This document shows, piece by piece, positions 32,988 through 42,286 of a DNA stretch of 64,000 bases (the stretch's first letter is position 1; every line of letters starts with the position of its first letter). Position numbers and translations under genes: made by a program. Origin of the DNA: Candidatus Anstonellales archaeon (GTDB lineage Archaea > Micrarchaeota > Micrarchaeia > Anstonellales > J096); assembly GCA_038740615.1 (NCBI GenBank), contig JAVYLQ010000001.1, forward strand, positions 13,865-77,864, written 5' to 3'. Below the pieces are notes generated by a model. It was not told where the DNA came from and did not search any database. It was given only the letters and a program-made list of their open reading frames with translations.

Positions 32988-33875
32988 CTATTTACTCACA
33001 GAATCAGAACTATCATAATCGATATATGGTACGAAACACTTTATAGCCTGTTTGAATTCTGTGAGTTCCAATCCATAGGATAGAGCTTTAGTGATGTTAA
33101 AAGATCTGGAGAGAGTTATTGGATATATCTCCTCTTTTCTAGAATAGATATATTCCATTGTATAGCCGAGAATAGTAGAAATTATTGGAACTTTTAATCT
33201 AGCTCTAAATAATTCTCTAACGGGCCTAGGGTTCATTTGAATGCCTAACACCTCTGATACATCTCTAATAATCTGCATAAACTCTATTCCTGGAGAGGTT
33301 AGATTGATCACATCAGAATTATTAAATTCTAGATTTTTAGAGATAAATTTGGCTACGTCTCTTGCATAGATAAATGGAACAGTATTCTTCCCATCTCCAA
33401 AATAGAAAGGTCCGTGCCTCTTCCAAGCTCTTAACATATCCAAATACTGCTCATAATATTCCCCGAAAACAGTCCCAATTCTTAATATCTTTGCTCTTTT
33501 AGATGATTGTATCACTATTCTCTCAGCAGCTAATTTTGAAGCCCCGTAAGCGTCATTAGGCCGTGTTGGACTAGATTCATCAAATCCACTAAAATTTCTA
33601 CGTCCGTATACTGCAATTGATGATAGGAATATTATTCTATCGCTGTTCAATCCTTGTAATATCTCATCTACAATCTTATAATTTACTCTCCAAATATCAT
33701 CAGCACTGCCTTTAGTTATACCGATCGCAATTATCACAACATCATATCCCTTTACCTTATTTGCTATGCTTTCCCTATCATAATTTATATTCTGTCTGGA
33801 GTAGGGATCATATGGGATGAATTCAGATATATATCTTGCAATTCTAGAGTTGGCACCTATAAGAGCTATTTTCAT
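32988..33875 (-). CDS. NAD-dependent epimerase/dehydratase (extended SDR)
   Basis: N-terminal Rossmann (IGANSRIA), FLSSIAVYG, YGASK. Confidence 0.85.
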   Translation of the reverse strand: MKIALIGANSRIARYISEFIPYDPYSRQNINYDRESIANKVKGYDVVIIAIGITKGSADDIWRVNYKIVDEILQGLNSDRIIFLSSIAVYGRRNFSGFDESSPTRPNDAYGASKLAAERIVIQSSKRAKILRIGTVFGEYYEQYLDMLRAWKRHGPFYFGDGKNTVPFIYARDVAKFISKNLEFNNSDVINLTSPGIEFMQIIRDVSEVLGIQMNPRPVRELFRARLKVPIISTILGYTMEYIYSRKEEIYPITLSRSFNITKALSYGLELTEFKQAIKCFVPYIDYDSSDSVSK

Positions 33876-33929
33876 ACATCTCTTCTATTAGAATCTGTAG
33901 AATATTTAAAATTATCCATGTAAATAGTT

Positions 33930-35537
33930 ATGATGAAATCGAAATTAAAGTATGGCAAGAGCAGCAATCTGAGTAGAGCAATAAGAATTGATTATGATAG
34001 TACCCAAGACATCTGTGATTATTCTGATAGCCAAGGGATCAGAGAGAGATTAATTAGAAAATTTCTGGAGAGATTCAAGAAAGACTTGGAGAGAGGTAAA
34101 TACGAACGGGTCATATCGAATTGGCCTCTACCAATACAAATAGAACCGAACAAACATAACGCAAGAGAGATTTTAGATTTAATATACAGCGATATAACTC
34201 GAATTTATGAGTCTTTATCTTCATTAGAGCAAATACATACGATCAGGAAGATTAAGACAAGTTCAGATAGATTGAGTAAGCTAATAGAGATCCTTAGAGC
34301 TACTAAATACGATAAACTAACTGAGTATTCTGTACTATTGATAGAAGGTTTGAAAGTAGTCAGTAAAGAACGTTTTGGGGAGCAGATGGCAAATATTCTT
34401 AATCATATTATATATGATAGTGATAGTAGTTGGGATAGAGCGGATTATAAGTTGAGTAATGATAAATTAAGATATGTTAAAGCTGCCCTCTCAATAGCTG
34501 GGATTGTGTTTGCTCTAGAGTATTCTAAGAGAAAAAATGAGTCTAGGAAAAAGTGGGATAATGTTGCTAGATTCTTCATTGAATTCTATAAGGAGCTCGA
34601 GTACGATGGTGTTGTGGATGTTATCGAAGAAGTATACTTTATGGATAGAGAGCAATTTAACAGAATTTATGAAGAATTAAAATGTAAAAAGTTCCAAGAG
34701 ATACGAGATGTGTTAAAAAATTTAGAGAATGTAGAGGGAGTAGAATCTAGATTGAAAAGTAAATACAGTACCTATATGAAGCTTAAGAATAAGTATAAAT
34801 TAGATCCGGATAATCAGAAACTGGATCTAAATACTGTAAAGGAGAAATTAAATGATGTGAATGGATTCAGAATCATACTGAAAGATCCTAATAATTTCAC
34901 AAAAACTCTAGCTCTTCTACTACATAAGATATCGGAGGTAATAAGAGATATTAAGATGATAGAGTTGGAGTTCTATAATTGTGAAGACCGATTGGAGCAG
35001 ATGAAACGGGATTTAAAAAAACCCCCCAATAGTCTTATAGAGGAGCTAAACGAACATATAAAAAATAATAATACTAAGATGGAATCCAGGAAGAAAGATA
35101 ATAACTATAGGGCAATTCATGTACTGTTTGCTACCCCAGAAAATGTTAAAATAGAAGTACATGTGATTGAAAGCAGAGAAATCTATGAGAGAAACAAATA
35201 CTCTCAATCATCCGCACATATTATTTACAAGAACAGAGATTTGCAAGATGTGGTTGACAAACTTAGATCCACTTTACTACAGCTATTATCTCTAAATCAA
35301 ATTATGCTAAAAGATGGAAATGAGGAAATAGAGTTGTCACCGGCTGATATCAAATCTTATGGTGATAAGCAGATCATATGGCAGAGTGGTGCAAATGATC
35401 GTGTGATATTGCTATTTGGAGATAGTCTAAGTTATATGAAAGTCCTAAGTCCTAAAGTAGAAACGCCAATATCCATAAATGTTAAAATAGACAAATATAC
35501 TAATAAGATGGTGGCTAAAGTTGAATCAGATAATTGA
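33930..35537 (+). CDS. RelA/SpoT-homologue synthetase-domain protein
   Basis: SRLKS..STYMK, LNDVNGFRII, KDNNYRAIH, IEVHV, SAHIIYK in canonical order. Confidence 0.75.
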   Translation: MMKSKLKYGKSSNLSRAIRIDYDSTQDICDYSDSQGIRERLIRKFLERFKKDLERGKYERVISNWPLPIQIEPNKHNAREILDLIYSDITRIYESLSSLEQIHTIRKIKTSSDRLSKLIEILRATKYDKLTEYSVLLIEGLKVVSKERFGEQMANILNHIIYDSDSSWDRADYKLSNDKLRYVKAALSIAGIVFALEYSKRKNESRKKWDNVARFFIEFYKELEYDGVVDVIEEVYFMDREQFNRIYEELKCKKFQEIRDVLKNLENVEGVESRLKSKYSTYMKLKNKYKLDPDNQKLDLNTVKEKLNDVNGFRIILKDPNNFTKTLALLLHKISEVIRDIKMIELEFYNCEDRLEQMKRDLKKPPNSLIEELNEHIKNNNTKMESRKKDNNYRAIHVLFATPENVKIEVHVIESREIYERNKYSQSSAHIIYKNRDLQDVVDKLRSTLLQLLSLNQIMLKDGNEEIELSPADIKSYGDKQIIWQSGANDRVILLFGDSLSYMKVLSPKVETPISINVKIDKYTNKMVAKVESDN

Positions 35538-36213
35538 TTATATTGCTAGTGTTGGTATAGATGGAGCCAGATGGATAGAGGAGAATGTTGATAAACAATA
35601 CCAGTCATTACTAGAACTATCAGAATATCTACCCACTGATAGATTCCTTACGTTGATTGTAAAAAATGCACTGATTGCATTCCAACTCACTTCTAAAGGT
35701 GAACACTATTGGCAGGAGTTTAGCGAATACTTCATAAGTAATCCTGATAAAGATATAGTAGATTTTTTGAGAACGAGTAAGGGAAATAGATTGTATCACA
35801 ATATGAAAATTAATAGATTGAAAAGAATAGAGAATTCTGTTTTTGGAATAGAGTACTACTGGGATATGAATAAACTAAGAAGAGAACTGGAATTAAAGTT
35901 GAATAGTACTGGTAAGACAATATTCTTTGCTGTGAAAATGTACGGATATGGAGCTAGAATAGTTTCAAAACAATTCATACCGTATCCAACATCCATCCCC
36001 ATACCTGTTGATTCTAGAGTAAGGAAAATAACAGAAAGGATTGGAGGATCCGACCCAGAGAAGTTCTGGCAAGAGGTATCTCACCAAACAGGAGTACCAC
36101 CACTACACATAGATTCTATAATCTGGCCTTTACTATCCGGAGATAGGGAAATACTAGATAGGTATAGATCTAGATTTAGTATACCTAAGTTTTTATCCTC
36201 TTTAATAGATTGA
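35521..36213 (+). CDS. archaeal 8-oxoguanine N-glycosylase/DNA lyase (AGOG)
   Basis: FQLTSKGEHYWQEF, KTIFFAVKMYGY, IPIPVDSRV, PPLHIDSIIW; TTG start. Confidence 0.92.
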   Translation: MNQIIDYIASVGIDGARWIEENVDKQYQSLLELSEYLPTDRFLTLIVKNALIAFQLTSKGEHYWQEFSEYFISNPDKDIVDFLRTSKGNRLYHNMKINRLKRIENSVFGIEYYWDMNKLRRELELKLNSTGKTIFFAVKMYGYGARIVSKQFIPYPTSIPIPVDSRVRKITERIGGSDPEKFWQEVSHQTGVPPLHIDSIIWPLLSGDREILDRYRSRFSIPKFLSSLID

Positions 36214-37372
36214 TAATACTCTTATCATTCTTTATTTTATTAAATGCTCTCTTTGCTTCAAAGAACTTGTTCAACATATTTCTTACCTCTAATTCGTTAA
36301 GACCCGCTCCCTTAGCGATTCTTCTAATTCTGGAATCAGATGATTTTATTATTTCAGGTTTTCTACGCTCTTCTGGAGTCATAGAATCTATCATAGCCCT
36401 AAACTTTCTCATCATATCCTGCATTTTCATTGATTGTTCTACATTTACATTTATTCCGAATCCGCTCAATATATCCTCTATATTCCTACCTCGCATTTGC
36501 TCTAGCTGCTTCAAATAAGTCTCGAAATTAAATTCCAAAGATTCGTCCAAATCATCTAAAACCTCTTTCAACTGGCTAGGATTTATAAATCCCAACATCT
36601 TTGTTAGTAGATCATCCGGATTGTAAGGGCTTATGTTATCTATTTTCTCCCCGTGTCCTACAAATACTATTGGAATTTTCAGATTTCTAACAGCAATAAA
36701 TGCTCCCCCTGCCTTACCTGATCCATCTATCTTAGTGATTATAGCCCCGGTTATTCCCAATTCCTTGAAGCTCTCTGCCAATTTCTCCGCATATTTACCT
36801 GTATCCGCACCTATAACCAACCACACATCATCAGGTGAAACCCTTTCCCTTATAGATTTTAGCTTATCTATATATCTCTGTTCTTCACCAGATTTGCCAG
36901 GAGTATCGATGATCCACATTTCGTTTGGTTTTGGATTGTAGACTTCAGAATAATCTCTAACTAGCTGTTTCAATTGTTCTTTACCAGCTGGTCGCTCATC
37001 ATCAAAAGATACAACTCTGGTAGGAAGCCCTCTAGTAGAGAAATATTTCCAGAGCTTTGCGGCAGTAGTAGTCTTCCCCGATCCATACAATCCAACCAAC
37101 ATTATTTTCCTAGGTCTAAAATCTGGTTGATAAGGTTCACCTAATACTTCCTTTAGAATATTATAAAGAGAGCGGATTATATATTGCTTGCTTGGAAACT
37201 TATCCTTAGAGATATCTGATTTAAGTCTGTTTGTAATTTCAAAGACCACTTTTGGAGGGATATCTGCTAGCAACATTGATTTCTGTATCTCTAGAATAAA
37301 TTCTCCTATTGCCGTTTGATCTAAAATGGGCTTTCCTAGGAATTTCTCTATAATGGGTCTTAGTGATATCAT
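36185..37372 (-). CDS. srp54: signal recognition particle protein SRP54
   Basis: GLYGSGKTTT, DTPG, TKIDGSGKAGG, GHGEKI, M domain IDSMTPEER..RIRRIAKGAG. Confidence 0.92.
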   Translation of the reverse strand: MISLRPIIEKFLGKPILDQTAIGEFILEIQKSMLLADIPPKVVFEITNRLKSDISKDKFPSKQYIIRSLYNILKEVLGEPYQPDFRPRKIMLVGLYGSGKTTTAAKLWKYFSTRGLPTRVVSFDDERPAGKEQLKQLVRDYSEVYNPKPNEMWIIDTPGKSGEEQRYIDKLKSIRERVSPDDVWLVIGADTGKYAEKLAESFKELGITGAIITKIDGSGKAGGAFIAVRNLKIPIVFVGHGEKIDNISPYNPDDLLTKMLGFINPSQLKEVLDDLDESLEFNFETYLKQLEQMRGRNIEDILSGFGINVNVEQSMKMQDMMRKFRAMIDSMTPEERRKPEIIKSSDSRIRRIAKGAGLNELEVRNMLNKFFEAKRAFNKIKNDKSIINLLKRIKT

Positions 37373-38316
37373 CCTTCGTCTCCTAACAATTGAGGGGATT
37401 TAACACCTACAGAAAACATTATTACCTGAATCGTGTCTTTTAGGTCCTCTTTAATCCTAACCCCCATCTTAACCTCGCCCATCTCCACAATTCCTCGAGT
37501 CAGACTATTTGCCACCTCACTAACCTCACCTAGTTGTACATCTGGGGAGATAGTTAGGTGTATTATAGCACCTTTAGCACCTTCATAGTCTATATTTAGT
37601 AATGGATGAGATAATGTTGATTCTATTGCCTTTTTAACTCTATCAGTACCAGAACCCTGACCAATAGATATCATTATTAATCCTCCTTTAGAGAGTAAGG
37701 CTCGCATATCTGCTAAATCTACATTTATTAGAGATACCTCAGATAATACACTTACCAATCCATCTACAGCATTTATCACAACGTTATCTACCATTTCAAA
37801 AGCCTTACTTATAGATAGATTAGGGAAGTATTCCATAAGTTTGTTATTGTCTATCAATACTAATGTATTAACGTATTGCATAAATCTCTGTATCCCTTCT
37901 GATGCTGTTTTCAGCCTAGCTCTTTCAAATCTGAATGGATAGGTTGCTACACCTATTATAACTGCATATGGCATATTATCCCTTAATAGTTTTGCTAATG
38001 CTGGCGCTCCTCCTGTACCAGTACCACCCCCCATACCAGCTACTATGAATATGAAATCTGGATCTTGGATTAGATCTAAGATCTTATCCTTAGCCAGTAA
38101 TATAGCTCTCTCGCCTATCTCAGGCCTACCTCCTGAACCATGGCCTAACATAGGAGTCTGAAGCAGTATTTTATGATCAGCTAGTGCACCAACCAAGCTG
38201 TTATATGTAGATCCAAGAACGATAGTTTTGACAACATTAGAATTAATCCCTCTGAGTTTCATTCTTGAGATTATATTTAAACCCGCATCACCAATTCCAA
38301 TAACATATATTCTCAT
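37369..38316 (-). CDS. ftsZ: cell division protein FtsZ (compact)
   Basis: GMGGGTGTG tubulin signature, PFRFERAR, IDNNKL, INVDLAD T7 loop. Confidence 0.93.
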   Translation of the reverse strand: MRIYVIGIGDAGLNIISRMKLRGINSNVVKTIVLGSTYNSLVGALADHKILLQTPMLGHGSGGRPEIGERAILLAKDKILDLIQDPDFIFIVAGMGGGTGTGGAPALAKLLRDNMPYAVIIGVATYPFRFERARLKTASEGIQRFMQYVNTLVLIDNNKLMEYFPNLSISKAFEMVDNVVINAVDGLVSVLSEVSLINVDLADMRALLSKGGLIMISIGQGSGTDRVKKAIESTLSHPLLNIDYEGAKGAIIHLTISPDVQLGEVSEVANSLTRGIVEMGEVKMGVRIKEDLKDTIQVIMFSVGVKSPQLLGDEG

Positions 38317-38370
38317 AGCACTTTATATTAGCTGAACATCATATTTAAATTTATCTATCAAATCTAAAAC

Positions 38371-40077
38371 ATGATTTTAAGATCACCTATAATAAGTGTA
38401 TTGGGTCATGTTGATCATGGTAAAACCAGTCTATTGGATAGAATAAGACAATCAAATATAGCTAGAAAAGAAGCTGGAGGGATAACTCAAATGATAGGTG
38501 CAAGCTATCTATCTAAGGATTCAATAATTGCTCTATCTGGAGATTTTCTAAAGAGATGGAATTTTGAATTATTGATTCCAGGGTTATTATTCATAGATAC
38601 ACCTGGCCATGAGGCATTTACATTATTGAGAGAACAAGGAGGGAGTATAGCTGACTTAGCTATACTTGTTATAGATATAAAACAGGGTATCCAACCTCAA
38701 ACAGTAGAGAGTATAAACATACTCAGGAACTATAAGACTCCTTTTGTAGTTGCACTAACCAAAATAGATCTGATCAGTGGGTGGAAAAACTTAAGCGATA
38801 ATATAATTAGTAACATAGAATTGCAGAATAGTATAACTAGGAAGGAATTTGAAGAATTAGTCTGGAGAAGAATTGGCGAATTAGCAGAACAGGGAATAAA
38901 TGCAGATCTGTTTTTCAACATAAGAGACTTCACCAGAACCGCTGCAATTGTACCTGTATCATCAGTAACTGGGGAAGGATTCTCCGAATTGATCGGATTG
39001 ATATGTGGATTATCTCAGAGATTTCTCAGAAACTCACTACAGATAGAGTTAGATGAACCTACAGAGGGCACTATAATAGATTTGAAAAGAGATTCTGGGG
39101 GGAATTATATTGATGTGATTATATATAAGGGCAAGTTAAGGAAAGGGGATACTATATACTCAATAGATCTATCAGGTAATATAAAGACAATAAAGGTCAG
39201 AGGTTTATTTATCCCAAATGTATCTTCAAATGATCCTAGAGATAGATATAAATCAATAGATCAGATAGCTGCTGCAGCCGGGGTTAGAATAGTAACTAAT
39301 TCAATCGACGGATTGATGATAGGATTACCGATATCTAGTAAGACTAAGATAGATAACTATAACATAAATAGGATCTTAAAAGTGGACGACCAGGGTATAG
39401 TAGTGAAAACAGATTCTATTGGTAGCGCTGATGCATTCAGAAGACTTGTTGAGAAAGAAGGGATAAAAATAAGGAAAATAGGGGTTGGAAACATAAACAA
39501 AGATGATATAGAAATGGCATCAGCCATGAATGAATTAAACCCAGATTATGGTTTTGTAATAGGATTTAATGTGAACATATCCAGAGAGGATCTGGAATTT
39601 GCAGAGTCACATGGGGTTAAGATAATAATAGGAGATGTAATATACAGATTGATTGAATCCTACAAGGAGAGAGTTAGAGAGAAGCGCGAGAGGTTACTCC
39701 AGGAATTGATGCAGAAGGCCACTCCTCCAGCAAAGCTGTTTGTAATGAAAGATTACATATTCAGAATTAGTAAGCCTGCAATATTTGGTATTAGAGTTAT
39801 TGAAGGGGAAATTAGGACGAATATGAGATTAATAAATAACCAAGGAGAGATTATCGGAGAGGTTGTAGGGATACAAAAGAATAAGATTCAGATAAATTCT
39901 GCAAAGGCAGGAGAGGAAGTTGCAATAGCTGTAAATGGTGGTGAAATAGGAGATAATATACTACCAGATAGTTTTCTATGGAGTGATGTGAGTGATATTG
40001 ATAAGTGGAGAGATATGATATCTCAAGAATTATATGAGGAATACAGAAGAATATTATTACTTAGAAAAATAAGATAG
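38371..40077 (+). CDS. infB: translation initiation factor aIF5B (IF-2)
   Basis: LGHVDHGKT, EAGGITQ.IGA, DTPGHEAF, TKID, FRISKPAIFG. Confidence 0.96.
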   Translation: MILRSPIISVLGHVDHGKTSLLDRIRQSNIARKEAGGITQMIGASYLSKDSIIALSGDFLKRWNFELLIPGLLFIDTPGHEAFTLLREQGGSIADLAILVIDIKQGIQPQTVESINILRNYKTPFVVALTKIDLISGWKNLSDNIISNIELQNSITRKEFEELVWRRIGELAEQGINADLFFNIRDFTRTAAIVPVSSVTGEGFSELIGLICGLSQRFLRNSLQIELDEPTEGTIIDLKRDSGGNYIDVIIYKGKLRKGDTIYSIDLSGNIKTIKVRGLFIPNVSSNDPRDRYKSIDQIAAAAGVRIVTNSIDGLMIGLPISSKTKIDNYNINRILKVDDQGIVVKTDSIGSADAFRRLVEKEGIKIRKIGVGNINKDDIEMASAMNELNPDYGFVIGFNVNISREDLEFAESHGVKIIIGDVIYRLIESYKERVREKRERLLQELMQKATPPAKLFVMKDYIFRISKPAIFGIRVIEGEIRTNMRLINNQGEIIGEVVGIQKNKIQINSAKAGEEVAIAVNGGEIGDNILPDSFLWSDVSDIDKWRDMISQELYEEYRRILLLRKIR

Positions 40078-40563
40078 ATAGGGCTGAATTAGTTTCTGAA
40101 ACACGCTGTAACGATTTATCTTTATGATAATCCATCTGCCCTGTTTAAGAACTATCTCAGGATACATACCTAGATTATTCAACAACCAAAAATCCTGTGC
40201 ATCCCCTAAGATTTCATTATCTTGTAGTTCTATCTTCTTAAGATTAGCTAGTTCTCTGGAAGCCTCATATAGACCTGCCAGATATGCTCCAGAGAATTCA
40301 TTTAAGAATCTGAATTTTCTAATTCTTTCCCTCTCAATTCTCTTTATCATCCCCCTCCCTTTAGTTGTTCCTCTAATAATATAGCCATTTCCTAATTTGA
40401 TGACTTCATATTTATCATGTGCTAGAAAAAACTTAACATACCAATCAATAAATTCTTTTGAATGAGTGCCTCTAATGCCTATCCCACCTTTACCATATTT
40501 TAATAGATGCCACCATCCTACCATATAAGCGATATGAGGTTGAAACTTAACGCTTGAGGACAT
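40057..40563 (-). CDS. hypothetical protein with degenerate LAGLIDADG-like helices
   Basis: HIAYMVGWW and GAYLAGLYEA about 85 aa apart. Confidence 0.5.
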   Translation of the reverse strand: MSSSVKFQPHIAYMVGWWHLLKYGKGGIGIRGTHSKEFIDWYVKFFLAHDKYEVIKLGNGYIIRGTTKGRGMIKRIERERIRKFRFLNEFSGAYLAGLYEASRELANLKKIELQDNEILGDAQDFWLLNNLGMYPEIVLKQGRWIIIKINRYSVFQKLIQPYLSYFSK

Positions 40564-41056
40564 TTTCCTCTTTCTTCTCTTGGGTCTGTTGCTGTTGAGT
40601 GGATACAGAAGTTTTCTGTGGTTGAGATAATCTCATTTTCAACTCAGTAGTATTAGCCAGTATCCTCTCACCTAATAACTGATCAAAGTTAGCAATAAAT
40701 CTATCTGCTGTCTTATTACCATCCAAACCAATTGAATTAAACACATCCACCAATTCCTTACGCTCTGCCTCTGTAAATGGCTGTTGATTGCTCTCTATAT
40801 TCTGTATAGCTCTACTGAATATTCTTTCGATCTTATCTAAATTCTGATTTAATTTCTCTCTATCTAATAATTTAGTCTGAGGATCTTTGGATGAAATAAT
40901 GAATGCTGATATAAGAGCGATACTTGAGATCTCTATCTGCTTTATTCTCTGTGATAAGATACTATTTATTATAGATATATCTTTCTTAGATGCACCTCCT
41001 TTTTGCAGAGCTGATAGGATTCTGTTTTTAAATTCATTCAAATTCATGCTGATCAA
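40547..41056 (-). CDS. hypothetical helical protein
   Basis: 169-aa ORF tightly coupled to its neighbours; Q-rich tail. Confidence 0.65.
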   Translation of the reverse strand: MISMNLNEFKNRILSALQKGGASKKDISIINSILSQRIKQIEISSIALISAFIISSKDPQTKLLDREKLNQNLDKIERIFSRAIQNIESNQQPFTEAERKELVDVFNSIGLDGNKTADRFIANFDQLLGERILANTTELKMRLSQPQKTSVSTQQQQTQEKKEENVLKR

Positions 41057-41058
41057 TA

Positions 41059-41478
41059 TTATTTTAGATTATTTTTTAAAAGGTTCAGTAATGCATCTGC
41101 ACTAATCTCAGAAGGCTGCAATGCTACATCAGTATACTTTCCATCTCGGTATATAATATAAGTAGTTTCAATATCAACATTCAATCTCCTTAATCTTTCC
41201 ATTAGATTTGCCAGACTACCAGGTTTATCCTCCATCCTAATAACCACTATCTCTTTAGAATCAATACTCTTAATATATGGGATTTTTATCAGCTCTCTCC
41301 TAGCAGTATCATGATCTGTGGTTACTAATCTAAACACCGCCTCCCAATCGGAAACATAAGCGAATATAGAATCTATATTAATACCTGCTTTTGATAATCT
41401 ATAGGAAATCTCATGTAATACTCCAACTTTGTTCTCACTAACAACCACAAGCTCTTTCTCTTTCCTCACTTTATCCAT
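41059..41478 (-). CDS. tandem ACT-domain protein
   Basis: ENKVGVLHEI...AGINID and EDKPGSLANL...NVDIE. Confidence 0.88.
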   Translation of the reverse strand: MDKVRKEKELVVVSENKVGVLHEISYRLSKAGINIDSIFAYVSDWEAVFRLVTTDHDTARRELIKIPYIKSIDSKEIVVIRMEDKPGSLANLMERLRRLNVDIETTYIIYRDGKYTDVALQPSEISADALLNLLKNNLK

Positions 41479-41530
41479 GATTTATAATTGTTAGTTCATA
41501 TTTTTAAAGCATACTATAATATAGAATATA

Positions 41531-42286
41531 ATGCTACTCATACTAGGTCTATTAGCACTATTACTAAGCTCCTATAGCTTGGATGCCGAGTTGTTATCAT
41601 TAGAGGTTAATGTATATCTAAATCCGGATCTTACACTCCAGGTAACAGAACAATACAGGATAATTGTTTATAATATAGAAAAATACGTGGAATTGTCTAG
41701 TAGTAAAAATGCTACCATATCAGATTGGAGGGATTTTATAAATGATCCTAGATTCGGTTTCCATATATCTGGTGATGGGATATTCCGAGAAAATCTACAG
41801 ATAGATACATCTCAGATATATCTGAAGAATTATAGATCTGGTTTTGCAGATATAACTATAAAATATAATATGAAGGGGTTTAATAGAGATTATGGAGTAT
41901 TCTATGTGAAAAACACTTCTCCAAGATATGAGATCATCGAGTTGAATCCAAACTATTTAACATTCACCAGAACAGGTAATAGATATATTCTACTCAGTAG
42001 TAGTGAAGCAATAAGATTTAGATTTCATCCTAGCTTTTCAATAATAGAGATACAACCAGCACCCATATCGGAAGGAGATACGCATACGTGGACAAATACA
42101 GTTCTGAATAATCCAAGAATAATTCTAAGGAGATCTATATCGTATGATCAATTAGTGATTGAAGGAATATTAGAGATATATTCTAAAGCCCTAACAATAT
42201 TATCTTCAACTGTATCGATAACATATATAATTATAACATTGATATTTATGATATTAACTGTTAAGGTGGTTCGAGATGATAAATAG
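41531..42286 (+). CDS. exported protein with C-terminal membrane anchor
   Basis: Hydrophobic signal peptide, beta-rich body, C-terminal TM helix. Confidence 0.7.
   Translation: MLLILGLLALLLSSYSLDAELLSLEVNVYLNPDLTLQVTEQYRIIVYNIEKYVELSSSKNATISDWRDFINDPRFGFHISGDGIFRENLQIDTSQIYLKNYRSGFADITIKYNMKGFNRDYGVFYVKNTSPRYEIIELNPNYLTFTRTGNRYILLSSSEAIRFRFHPSFSIIEIQPAPISEGDTHTWTNTVLNNPRIILRRSISYDQLVIEGILEIYSKALTILSSTVSITYIIITLIFMILTVKVVRDDK

Noticed and set aside
40057..40563. Active homing endonuclease or mobile element
   Set aside because: No host intron or intein, no flanking repeats, first catalytic acid missing.
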